Shown here in pieces: positions 19,558 through 28,460 of a stretch of 64,000 nt of DNA (the stretch's first letter is position 1; each line of letters starts with the position of its first letter). The stretch lies in NCBI GenBank assembly GCA_963830915.1, contig CAWHOE010000064.1:96001-160000 (forward strand), given 5' to 3'. Below the pieces are notes generated by a model. The model ran no database searches, was not told the origin of the DNA, and saw only the letters and a program-made list of their open reading frames with translations. Source of the stretch: a candidate division FCPU426 bacterium. Its GTDB lineage: Bacteria; Oederibacteriota; Muellerivitia; Muellerivitales; Muellerivitaceae. The position numbers and the translations under genes were made by a program.

Positions 19558-21009
19558 TCAGGCGATGGCCGGCGTGAATCCTCCCGTCGGCAATGCGCTC
19601 ATCAGGTAATGGATCACGTCCGTGGCGCTGTAGGAAAGGCTCTCCCCTTTCAGGAAGGAGATCACTTTCCCCAGGTCGTCGCCCGAGGTGACCAGCGGTT
19701 GCTCTTGGTAACCGGTCCTTTGGTTCTGTTCCAGGCCGATGTTGGCCATCAGGCCGTTGCACAGGCACTTGCGGCCGACGGTCTCTTCCTCGTTGCCTTC
19801 CTTTTGCAGGAAGCTTTTGACCGGCTCGCTGGGACAGCGATAGCCCACCGTGCCATCCTTGCGTTTGTAAGCCGAGCGAAGATAGCTCAGGTCGCAGATG
19901 CGGGGTCTTTTTTCGTACTCTTCTTTTTCCGACAGCGTGTTTTCCAGCTTCACGACCTTGAAGGGGAACCCGGTCGGCGAGGCGACGGGATCGGTGAATA
20001 CCTCTTCCGTTCCTTTTTTCGCCCTGGCGAACACACCCTTCTTGATGATATCGGCCAAACCCGATTCGCGGCAGTAGGCAAAGACCGTCCCCACCTGGAT
20101 GCCGGCGGCGCCCGACTTCAGGGCCTCCATCAGGCGGTGCGGATCGGCGTAGGAACCGGCCAGCCAGAAAGGCAGTCCGATTTCCTTGATCTTCGCCGGG
20201 TTGACTTCGTCCTTGACCCCGTAAACAGGCTCACCCTTATCGTTAAACGTCTTTTCCCCCCGGGGCGGGGCGTTGTGCCCTCCGGCGGTGGGTCCCTCGA
20301 CCACGAATCCGTCCACATGGCCGGAGGATTTCTTGGCCAGGGTCAGGGCCAGGACCTCGGAGGCTACGATGGCGATGAATTTAGGCCTTTTCAAGGCCGG
20401 GAGTTTCACCCCCATGACCTCCAGGGGCCTGAAGAACATGCGGACATCGTCGTCCGGACCCGCTCCGTGGACATTGATCTTCTGGAAAACTTCCTCGTGG
20501 TTCACCAATTGGTCGATGATGCCGGGGATGGCCCGCGGGATGCCCGCGCCCATCAGGACGTAATCCACTCCCGCCAGCATGGAACCGTAAAGGGCCGACA
20601 GGGTCGGCATCTGGATCTTCTCCAGGTAATTGATGCCCACCACGCCGTCATGGCCTTCCTTGGCCAGGAATACCTCGGCGAAATTGGCGGCGATATTGAG
20701 TTCCAACAGTTCCTTGGAAGGGGTCATGGTGAAGGCCGGAATGGTCTTGTAGGGGTCTTTTTCCGGTTTGCCCCCAGGAACGTAGTAAGCGGCCAGGATC
20801 CTTTCGGCGATGGCCTGGTCCGGGAAGTGCTTCAGGGCACGGCGCATGGCGCCGTCCTCGTCGCCGGATTGGAGCCGGCGCGACATGATGCTGTCCAGCG
20901 CGGTGCCGGAAACCACGCCCATTTGTCCGGCCTTGGAGACCGCGTTCGCGAGCTTCCAATTGGAAACCCCCGCGCCCATGCCCCCCTGAATGATGACTGG
21001 TTCGCTCAT
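19558..21009 (-). CDS. Nitronate monooxygenase / FabK-like FMN enzyme
   Basis: IIQGGMGAGVS, EGPTAGGHN, AGIQVGT, C-terminal Cys motifs; AAGGAG RBS before ATG 21009. Confidence 0.88.
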   Translation of the reverse strand: MSEPVIIQGGMGAGVSNWKLANAVSKAGQMGVVSGTALDSIMSRRLQSGDEDGAMRRALKHFPDQAIAERILAAYYVPGGKPEKDPYKTIPAFTMTPSKELLELNIAANFAEVFLAKEGHDGVVGINYLEKIQMPTLSALYGSMLAGVDYVLMGAGIPRAIPGIIDQLVNHEEVFQKINVHGAGPDDDVRMFFRPLEVMGVKLPALKRPKFIAIVASEVLALTLAKKSSGHVDGFVVEGPTAGGHNAPPRGEKTFNDKGEPVYGVKDEVNPAKIKEIGLPFWLAGSYADPHRLMEALKSGAAGIQVGTVFAYCRESGLADIIKKGVFARAKKGTEEVFTDPVASPTGFPFKVVKLENTLSEKEEYEKRPRICDLSYLRSAYKRKDGTVGYRCPSEPVKSFLQKEGNEEETVGRKCLCNGLMANIGLEQNQRTGYQEQPLVTSGDDLGKVISFLKGESLSYSATDVIHYLMSALPTGGFTPAIA

Positions 21010-21280
21010 TTTAAAAAATCTCCTTAATAAAACCGAAACGCCGGTCTCCCGGTGGGAGCCGGCGTTCTGACTTTTTTTGATTGTGCACAGGCCGCAAGGG
21101 CCCATGAATGGGGACTGATTCTTTCCGTCGTCCATAGTACCGGACGCCTTGCCTCATTGTACACCCCTCGGTTGTCGATTGTCAGCCTTGGTCCTCCGAT
21201 AAAGCCGGACTTTTCAAGGGAAGGGACAGGGACCATTGGGGAAATAGGCTTTAGATTTAACCCTTTGTGTGAAGGACCGG

Positions 21281-22096
21281 TTACTTTTTCCAGACCAGTA
21301 TCTTGAAGTCGGCCCCGCTTATCTCGCGGCAGAGGGTCTCAAAGCCCTGCGCCCGGAGCTTGTCGAGCAGTTGGAAGGGTTCCCGATTGTGGTGGACGTA
21401 AAGCACTCCCCTCTCGGCGATGGCGGGCAGGGACTCGAGGATGCGCATCAGTGGCTGGGGTGTCGGCAGGCCCCGCACATCCAGCTCGACCCTGGGATTC
21501 TGTTCCATCATCCGATCGAAAAGATCGGCCGGTGGAGGTGGAAGGATCTCCTCGCCCTTCTTGAAATAAACATTCCAAGCCCCGTCGGCGAATTCCGTAT
21601 AGCTCCTGTAACCCATCCTGCCCAGGGCGCCGTAAAGGGATTCGGGATCGGAGGAGTTGACCAAATGGAAATGCTGTCCCGGCTTGAGTTCCTGTACGGT
21701 CTTCATGATGACATGGAAGGGATCCAACCCGTTCTCGTTCATGGGCCGTACATCCAGGAATATCTCGCAAGCGGCGTTAAGGTCCTTGGCCCATTCGGGT
21801 TTGGCTTGGGCCTTGCCTTTGACCGGAGGCAGATGGGCATCGTCCGCCAGTTCACCCATTCCGTGAGGGACCTTCACCAATAAGGCCTTCCAGACCTCCG
21901 GCCCCTGCTCTTTATATTCCCAGCGGAAACGTCTTTCCCGCTCATTCAGGAGCTGATAATAGAGGGGGTGGGGATCATGGTCGAAAAGGATCTGAAGGGC
22001 TTCCCCATCCTTCAAACCATCGAAGGATTGGAGCAGGCGGCCGTAGCGGTCCTTGGGGGCCAAACTTCTCAGGTCCAACGCGTTATTGGAATTCAT
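21281..22096 (-). CDS. DUF2249 (three repeats) protein
   Basis: Three LD(L/V)R-initiated TusA-like repeats; DHDPHPLY. Confidence 0.85.
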   Translation of the reverse strand: MNSNNALDLRSLAPKDRYGRLLQSFDGLKDGEALQILFDHDPHPLYYQLLNERERRFRWEYKEQGPEVWKALLVKVPHGMGELADDAHLPPVKGKAQAKPEWAKDLNAACEIFLDVRPMNENGLDPFHVIMKTVQELKPGQHFHLVNSSDPESLYGALGRMGYRSYTEFADGAWNVYFKKGEEILPPPPADLFDRMMEQNPRVELDVRGLPTPQPLMRILESLPAIAERGVLYVHHNREPFQLLDKLRAQGFETLCREISGADFKILVWKK

Positions 22097-22131
22097 ATCC
22101 TATCCTTGTGAGCCGGGAGGGTCCGGACCTT

Positions 22132-22866
22132 TCAGTCCAGGATCCCTTCCTCGGTGATCCGCTGGAAGAGGATGTTGTTTTCCAAATGGATATGCAGGTG
22201 CAAGTCATCCTCCAGCTCTTTCAGACCCCGGTAATAGGCGCGGAAAGAGGGGTCGGCCTCGGCCGGGGTCGTGAAATCACGCGTCAATCGATGTATCTCC
22301 AGCCATTCCTCCCCCGTCATCCCGTGCTCCCACATCAGCACCTGGATGGGGTGTTCTTTTTCCTTATCAGCCTTGAAGGGATCCATGAATTTCTCGCCTT
22401 TGGTTTTGGCTTCCTCGAACCGCTTGAGATAGGGAAAAACGACCTCTTCTTCCTTGGTCAAATGCCCTTCCAGTTCCCCGGCCATTTCCTTGAGCAGGAT
22501 ATCCAACCGTAACAGTTCCGGGTGCCGGGTGCCGTGGGCCCAGAGGACCTTTTCGGATAACTCCTGGAGGCGGACCAACTGGGTCCGGGTAAAAGCGTGA
22601 TGTCTTTCCAGGATATGGTCGATCAACTCCCGGATGGGTTTGCGGCTCCAAAGGATGGGAGCGTCCGGGTTGCTCATATCCTTGGCCTTTAATTTACTCA
22701 GGGATGTCATCGCCTTTTCCAGCGGAACACCCGCCAGGTCGCAGGCTTCCTTGAGGGTGCGCTGGCCCCCGCAGCAATAGTCGATCTTCAGGGAATCGAA
22801 GAGGGGGATGGCCGCTTGGATCTCGGTGGCGATATCCCCGATCGGGGTGCTCTCTTTGATCTTCAT
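22132..22866 (-). CDS. ric: RIC/YtfE-ScdA di-iron repair protein, paralog 2
   Basis: IDYCCGG, HHAF, HLTKEE, WEHG, HIHLENNILF. Confidence 0.94.
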   Translation of the reverse strand: MKIKESTPIGDIATEIQAAIPLFDSLKIDYCCGGQRTLKEACDLAGVPLEKAMTSLSKLKAKDMSNPDAPILWSRKPIRELIDHILERHHAFTRTQLVRLQELSEKVLWAHGTRHPELLRLDILLKEMAGELEGHLTKEEEVVFPYLKRFEEAKTKGEKFMDPFKADKEKEHPIQVLMWEHGMTGEEWLEIHRLTRDFTTPAEADPSFRAYYRGLKELEDDLHLHIHLENNILFQRITEEGILD

Positions 22867-22896
22867 GCTCTCTCCTTGGATGGTTTCGACCCGACC

Positions 22897-22938
22897 ATCC
22901 TAAACATCCCCGGACCGGTCCCTGATGATTTAAGTCAT
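22897..22938 (-). promoter_or_regulatory. Class II-type Crp/Fnr promoter of ric paralog 2
   Basis: ATGA-TTTAAG-TCAT (22925-22938) lies 22 nt from TAGGAT (22902-22897). Confidence 0.7.
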
Positions 22939-23019
22939 AAGCATGTATTTTGGGCATTCCCGCCTGACCGTTCAAACAACGCTTTGAAGGTAGCGGACCC
23001 CCGCACTATGATGAGGCCC

Positions 23020-23685
23020 ATGAACAAGATCGAAGCCCTGAAAAAAACCGAACTGTTCGGCTCCCTGACCGCCGAGGAATTGAAAGCCCTGGCCGATTGC
23101 TGCGTCGAACATCGGTTGTCCAAGGGCGAGATACTCTTCACCGCCGGGGATGAGGCCAAGGGTCTGTACGTCATCGCCAAGGGGGCCCTAAGGGCCTATC
23201 GGGAGAACACCGAAGGCCGGGAACAGATCATCCATGTGGAAAAGGCGGGCACGACCATCGCCGAGATCCCGGTCTTCGATGACCGGCCCTACCCTTCCAC
23301 GGTCATGGCCGAGGAGGAAAGCGAGGTCCTCTATATAGGGAAACATGACGTTAAAAAGCTATGTTTGAAGTACCCCACCATCGCCCTGTCCGCCCTGAAA
23401 CTGCTTTCCGCCCGTTTGAGAAAGACCGCCGCCCTGGTGGAGTCCCTCTCCCTAAGGGAAGTAGACCAGCGCCTGGCCGCTTTCCTGCTCCAGGAGTTCA
23501 AGAGCCGGGGGAAGAAAGTGGCCTTACCGACCAACACCGTCATTGCCTCACGGGTCGGCTCGGTTCGGGAAGTGGTTTCCCGCAGTTTCGCCAAGCTGGA
23601 GGAGGAGAAGCTTATCTCGGTCGATGACCACCACATGGCGACGCTTTTGAACGAGGAAGGCCTGAGGGATTACGCGGGCGGATAG
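23020..23685 (+). CDS. Crp/Fnr family regulator (HcpR/DNR-like; no FNR Cys cluster)
   Basis: cNMP-binding fold (GEILFTAGD, GREQII) and HTH IASRVGSVREVVSRSF; divergent from ric. Confidence 0.92.
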   Translation: MNKIEALKKTELFGSLTAEELKALADCCVEHRLSKGEILFTAGDEAKGLYVIAKGALRAYRENTEGREQIIHVEKAGTTIAEIPVFDDRPYPSTVMAEEESEVLYIGKHDVKKLCLKYPTIALSALKLLSARLRKTAALVESLSLREVDQRLAAFLLQEFKSRGKKVALPTNTVIASRVGSVREVVSRSFAKLEEEKLISVDDHHMATLLNEEGLRDYAGG

Positions 23686-23758
23686 TCTCTCGGATCCTAC
23701 GACAACAACTTTTCAGTTCGAGTTTAAACCGGGGAGCTATTAATATTTTGAATCTGAT

Positions 23759-26275
23759 TTACTTCTTGCCGAATTTCCCGAAAGCCCGCCAGCCGATAGA
23801 AACCACCGCTAATCCCAATGCAATCCCCCAATCCGAAAGTCTCAAAGGGACCACCTGGAAGATGGAAGCCAGGAAAGGGACCTCGATGATGACCGGCAAG
23901 CTCACCGCCACCAGCACCCACACCACCCAGAACCTAAGGGTGCGGGGGAAAGGCATGGAGAACCAGGGCTTGTCCACCGCCCTCTCCGACCAGACCAATA
24001 AAAGGCTCCCGATGATCAGGGCCGCCAACCCGGCGCTGCGGGCGTATGGGACACCCTCCGAAAGACGGGCGTGGTAAAAGGCCAGGACCGCCACGGTCAA
24101 AAGACCTCCCGACAGGGCCGAGTACCAAACATCCCCGCCAGGCAAAAGGGCGGCCTTGGGGTCGCGGGGAGGACGGCGCATCACGTCCGGTGGGGCCGGC
24201 TCCGCCTCGAAGACCAGGGCCGACACAGGATGGATGATGAGTTCCAACCACACCAGGTGGACGGGCAGAAGGAGCAAGGGCAGATCCGCCATGGGGCACA
24301 ATAGCGCCAGCCCTACGATGGGGATATGGAAAGCCAGCAGAAAAAAGAAGGACCGTTGGATGTTGGCGAAGATGCGGCGGCCTTCCCTTACGGTGGATAC
24401 GATGGCCGTGAAACTGTCGTGAAGTAGGACGATCTGGGCCGAGGACCTGGCCACTTCCGTGCCCTTCTTGCCCATAGCGATGCCGATATCGGCCAGTTTC
24501 AGGGCCGGCGCGTCGTTGATGCCGTCCCCCGCCATGGCCACGATCTCCCCCGCCGATTTCAGCGCCCCCACGATGGCGTGTTTCTGGTCGGGCCGGACGC
24601 GCGCGAAGATGGCGCCGTGGTTCACCTTCCGGGCGAATTCCTCTTTCGAGAGGTGGTCCAGATCCGGGCCGTTCAACAGGTCCTCCGGACCGTGGGCGAT
24701 GCCGGCCGCGTCGGCGATGGCGTGGGCGGTCATGAGATGGTCGCCTGAGAGGACCTTGATCTTGATGCCGGCCCTCTGGCATTCCTCCACCGCTTCCGGC
24801 ACGTCGGTCCGCAGGGGATCGCGGAAACCTAGGAAGCCGTAGAGCTTGAGCTTGGACTCATCCTTGACCCGGTCCCCGGTGAAGGACTCAGCGTCCCGGC
24901 CCGCCACCGCCAAGACCCTCATCCCTTGGGTCGCCAGCAGGGTGTTCTGTTTTTCCGCCTCTTCCCTCTCGCCTGGCGCGAACTCGCAATGTTCCAGGAT
25001 GCCCTCGAAGGCACCCTTGGCCACCAGGCGCCAATGCTTGGCGCTGGTCTTCATCTTCCAGACGTGGGACATGTGTTTGCCCACATAGTCGAAATCGAAA
25101 TCATGGACCAGTTCCCACCGGTCCAGGATGTGGGGCACGTTCACTTTCGATTCCAGCGCGTGTTCCAGGATGGCCTTTTCCATCCTGTCCTGGGGGTTAG
25201 GCTCGCAGGCCAGCACGGAAGCTTCCAGGATGGCGTTCTCGGTGAAATGGGCGGCGAAGGGCTCGTGGAAATCCAGCTGGAACTTGCCGTAGGTGAGGGT
25301 GCCCGTCTTGTCCACGCAGATGACAGTGGTGGAACCCAAGGTCTCCACACTGGCCAACCGGCGTACCAGGACCCCCTGGCTGGAAAGGCGCCAGGCGCCC
25401 AGGCTCAAGAAGAGGGTGAAAACCAGGGGAAATTCTTCCGGTACGGCCGCGATGCTCAAACTTACCGCGCTTAAGAGCGATTTATAGAAGGACATCCCCC
25501 GGAGCAGTTCCAATCCCAGGACCCCCACGGCCACGATAAGGGCCACGAAGGCCAGCTTCTTCACCAGGTCCTCGGTCTTTTTCTGGAGGGGGGTGGGCTC
25601 GGCTTCCGATTCGGAGATCAATTTGGCGATCTTGCCCAGACGGGTCCGTAATCCCGTGTTCAGGACCTCCCCGACCGCCTGGCCGGAAAGGACGGTGGAG
25701 CCCGCGAAGAATTGCTGTTCTTCTTTCCAACCCTTCTTGGGCATATGTTCCGAGGCCTTCTTGGCCACCGGCTCGGACTCACCCGTCAGTTGGGACTCAT
25801 CCACGGAGAAATTGGCGCATTCCCGGATAACCCCGTCGGCGTGCACCTTATCCCCTTCCTTAAGTAAGAGCAGGTCCCCGGGGACCAGTTGCTCGGAGGG
25901 GATCCGGATCTCCATGCTGTTCCTGATGACCTGGGCTGTGGGCGAAAGGGTTTGGGCGAGTTTTTTTAGGGCTTCCCGGGACTTGGATTCAAGCAACACA
26001 TCCACGCCCAACACGGGAACCAGGGCGATGAGAAGGATGATCCCGTCCCGGGTCTCTCCCAGAAGGAAATAGGTGGCCGAGGCCAGCACCAGCATGATGG
26101 CCATGGGGTCGGCCAGGGAACCGAGCGCTTCCTTGAGGCGGGTGTGTTTTTCCTCTTTTTTGAGGTGGTTAGGCCCGTAGACGCCCAGTCGATGGGCGGC
26201 CTCAGCGGAGAGTAATCCCCGCCATTGACCTGACGCGTTTTTTGTTGTCGCGACCAAAGTCGCCTCGATGTTCAA
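23759..26275 (-). CDS. Cation-transporting P-type ATPase (type II)
   Basis: DESQLTGES, PEEFP, DKTGTLT, GDGINDAPAL; start uncertain. Confidence 0.93.
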   Translation of the reverse strand: MNIEATLVATTKNASGQWRGLLSAEAAHRLGVYGPNHLKKEEKHTRLKEALGSLADPMAIMLVLASATYFLLGETRDGIILLIALVPVLGVDVLLESKSREALKKLAQTLSPTAQVIRNSMEIRIPSEQLVPGDLLLLKEGDKVHADGVIRECANFSVDESQLTGESEPVAKKASEHMPKKGWKEEQQFFAGSTVLSGQAVGEVLNTGLRTRLGKIAKLISESEAEPTPLQKKTEDLVKKLAFVALIVAVGVLGLELLRGMSFYKSLLSAVSLSIAAVPEEFPLVFTLFLSLGAWRLSSQGVLVRRLASVETLGSTTVICVDKTGTLTYGKFQLDFHEPFAAHFTENAILEASVLACEPNPQDRMEKAILEHALESKVNVPHILDRWELVHDFDFDYVGKHMSHVWKMKTSAKHWRLVAKGAFEGILEHCEFAPGEREEAEKQNTLLATQGMRVLAVAGRDAESFTGDRVKDESKLKLYGFLGFRDPLRTDVPEAVEECQRAGIKIKVLSGDHLMTAHAIADAAGIAHGPEDLLNGPDLDHLSKEEFARKVNHGAIFARVRPDQKHAIVGALKSAGEIVAMAGDGINDAPALKLADIGIAMGKKGTEVARSSAQIVLLHDSFTAIVSTVREGRRIFANIQRSFFFLLAFHIPIVGLALLCPMADLPLLLLPVHLVWLELIIHPVSALVFEAEPAPPDVMRRPPRDPKAALLPGGDVWYSALSGGLLTVAVLAFYHARLSEGVPYARSAGLAALIIGSLLLVWSERAVDKPWFSMPFPRTLRFWVVWVLVAVSLPVIIEVPFLASIFQVVPLRLSDWGIALGLAVVSIGWRAFGKFGKK

Positions 26276-26321
26276 GGAGTTGAATGGGTCATTATTCCAA
26301 CGCTTTTACCGCTCCTTGGAA

Positions 26322-26335
26322 ATGACCCCTGTCAT
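26322..26335. promoter_or_regulatory. Crp/Fnr-type box ATGA-CCCCTG-TCAT upstream of the ATPase
   Basis: Matches the motif; the hexamer at the expected position is only TGGAAT. Confidence 0.55.
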
Positions 26336-26510
26336 ACAAGGATCTAGCGTAAATGGAAAAAGAGGAGGCCGTTAGTAAATTCAGGGTTACTCTTGGCTTA
26401 TAAATAAAGTATCCCGAGATGATCGCCTTATAAACATCTCGATGGGAATTCCTTGCCAGGTCCTTGGTTTCCAGTGGGAAACTTTTTATTGCCGTGAAGC
26501 GAGCCGCCTT

Positions 26511-26552
26511 ATGACTGTTGTCATAGATGATATTGACGCCGATGGATACATT
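26511..26552 (+). promoter_or_regulatory. Class II-type Crp/Fnr promoter of the radical SAM gene
   Basis: ATGA-CTGTTG-TCAT (26511-26524) lies 22 nt from TACATT (26547-26552). Confidence 0.7.
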
Positions 26553-26599
26553 GCGTTCGTTCCGTTGGATATGTATACATGGAAACAAAGGGGAGAAAG

Positions 26600-27700
26600 A
26601 TGGAAGGCTCAAGCATGCGCGATCACGAAAAATTCCCGCAGAACCTGTACGCCGACCGGCCCTTCCTGGCCATCTGGGAAGTCACCCGCGCCTGCGACCT
26701 GGCCTGCGTCCATTGCCGGGCCTCGGCCGAATCCAAACGCTTCCCCGAGGAGCTGGATACCCAACAGGCCCTGGACCTGATCCGCCAGGTCGCCGAATGG
26801 AAAGTGCCTCTCTTCGTCATGACCGGCGGGGATCCCATGAAACGGGACGATATCAACCTGCTGGTCGCTGAGTGCGCCAATCGCAAGATGAATTTCGCCA
26901 TGGCCCCCTCCGTAACTCCCCTCTTGACCTTGGACCGCTTGAAGGAACTTCGGGACGCCGGCGTGCATCGTATTTCCCTTTCGCTGGACGGCGCCGACGC
27001 CGCCACCCATGACGCCTTTCGGGGCATTCCCGGCACTTACGCCAGGTTCCTGGAGGCTTCCCAGCAGATCCGGGACTTAGGCATCCATCTTCAGATCAAC
27101 ACCACCATCGCCCGCCACAACATGGGCCAGATCCGCGAGATGGCCCAGGTCATCCGGGATTTTTCCATCGACCTCTGGTCGGTCTTCTTCCTGGTGCCCA
27201 CGGGCAGAGCCGTCAAGAACCAGGCCTTGAACGCCGTGGAGACCGAGGCCGCCTTGAACCAGTTGTTCGATATCCTTCAAGAAGGCTGGTTCGACATCAA
27301 GACCACCGAGGCCCATCATTTCCGCCGGATCATCCTCCAGCGCAACGGGGTCACCCCGGAACAACTCTATAGCGGGGCCATCCAGAACCCGGCCCCCAGC
27401 CTGATCCGGGCGGCCAGGGGGGTCAGCGATGGTCGGGGTTTCGTGTTCATCTCCCATACCGGGGATGTCTGCCCCAGCGGGTTCCTGCCCATCCCCGCCG
27501 GGAGTGTCAAACAACGTCCCTTGGCCGATATCTACCAGAACAGCGAGTTGTTCAAGACTCTCAGGAACGCCGACGCCCTCCAGGGCAAATGCGGAAGATG
27601 CGAATACCGTTTCCTTTGCGGCGGGTCCAGGGCCAGGGGATACGCCATGACGGGAAATGTCATGGGGGCTGACCCCTTCTGCGCCTACCAACCAGCCTAA
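26600..27700 (+). CDS. Radical SAM/SPASM protein (TIGR04053-like, NirJ/Ahb-related)
   Basis: WEVTRACDLACVHCRA, TGGDP, FFLVPTGR, SPASM CGRCEYRFLCGGSRAR..DPFC. Confidence 0.9.
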   Translation: MEGSSMRDHEKFPQNLYADRPFLAIWEVTRACDLACVHCRASAESKRFPEELDTQQALDLIRQVAEWKVPLFVMTGGDPMKRDDINLLVAECANRKMNFAMAPSVTPLLTLDRLKELRDAGVHRISLSLDGADAATHDAFRGIPGTYARFLEASQQIRDLGIHLQINTTIARHNMGQIREMAQVIRDFSIDLWSVFFLVPTGRAVKNQALNAVETEAALNQLFDILQEGWFDIKTTEAHHFRRIILQRNGVTPEQLYSGAIQNPAPSLIRAARGVSDGRGFVFISHTGDVCPSGFLPIPAGSVKQRPLADIYQNSELFKTLRNADALQGKCGRCEYRFLCGGSRARGYAMTGNVMGADPFCAYQPA

Positions 27701-27784
27701 ATCAAACTATTTTTGAACGGGTTTATGGAATAAGGCCTTATTGTTTTTTGTCTCAGTGGAAGCCAGCGAAAAAAAGGGGGGAAA

Positions 27785-27898
27785 TAAAAAAGCCCTGGGT
27801 AGGGGAGCCACCCAGGGCGTGGAGGCGATTCTTTTCTTACCACGCCGGGTTTGACCCCGCTGACACCTCATTGGTGCCATGTAAAGAACCACCTGCCG
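27785..27898 (-). ncRNA. Candidate Crp/Fnr-controlled small RNA (~113 nt)
   Basis: Box ATGA-TTTAAA-TCAC (27933-27946), TATATT -10 (27910-27905), three short hairpins, and terminator GCCCTGGGT/ACCCAGGGC plus U-run. Confidence 0.55.
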
Positions 27899-28071
27899 AA
27901 TGTGAATATACGGCCACCTAGTGCCGTTTTATATGATTTAAATCACCTTTCAAAAAAATTAGGCCCGTGATGTTTTTGGCTATTTACCTAACATTTAACA
28001 ATCCCGTTGAGAGTCAGGCTCAACAAACGGAGTGGTAAAAAAAGAACCCAAAAAAGAGACGGAGAGAAATT

Positions 28072-28239
28072 TTATTTTCCCTTCAGATGCTTTTCCGCCT
28101 CGATCCAATCGGCCATGGGATCGCCATGAGGGCATCCCCGCTCCAGCCATTTGTAATAAGCCGCCATCTCAAGTTCTTCCTGGGTCAATTCTTTCTTCCC
28201 CTTGGGAGCAACTTCCTTTTCCTTCTTCTTGATAGCCAT
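28072..28239 (-). CDS. DUF2934 domain protein (55 aa)
   Basis: AGGAGGA RBS; translation contains MAAYYKWLERGCPHGDPMADWIEAE; below the ORF-track cutoff. Confidence 0.85.
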   Translation of the reverse strand: MAIKKKEKEVAPKGKKELTQEELEMAAYYKWLERGCPHGDPMADWIEAEKHLKGK

Positions 28240-28271
28240 AGGTCCTCCTGAATGATCACGAACTGATTTTT

Positions 28272-28313
28272 AATTTACTCTGGAGGTATGGCGTTCCTTA
28301 TGACCTAGCTCAG
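28272..28313 (-). promoter_or_regulatory. Class II-type Crp/Fnr promoter of the DUF2934 gene
   Basis: ATGA-CCTAGC-TCAG (28300-28313) lies 22 nt from TAAATT (28277-28272). Confidence 0.55.
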
Positions 28314-28460
28314 GTTACATCCTTACCCTTAGCCGCCCCTCGGCGTTTTAAGCCTTATTTTGTGCTAATTATCGGTAAAAACCACTTCCTACCCTTGTTT
28401 CCCAAACATCCCTTTCCCATGATGGCGTTCGTACATTCATTTCCATCAAGGAGCAAAAAC

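Noticed and set aside
19609..21027. Long antisense ORFs (472 aa here; also 36881-37981, 38330-39244, 54796-55683)
   Set aside because: Shadow frames of high-GC3 genes with no recognisable motifs.
26292..26612. 106-aa ORF between the ATPase and the radical SAM gene
   Set aside because: It covers an AT-rich divergent promoter region containing two regulator boxes.
27707..27892. 61-aa minus-strand ORF
   Set aside because: It reads through a strong intrinsic terminator and has no protein-like motif; an RNA reading fits better.
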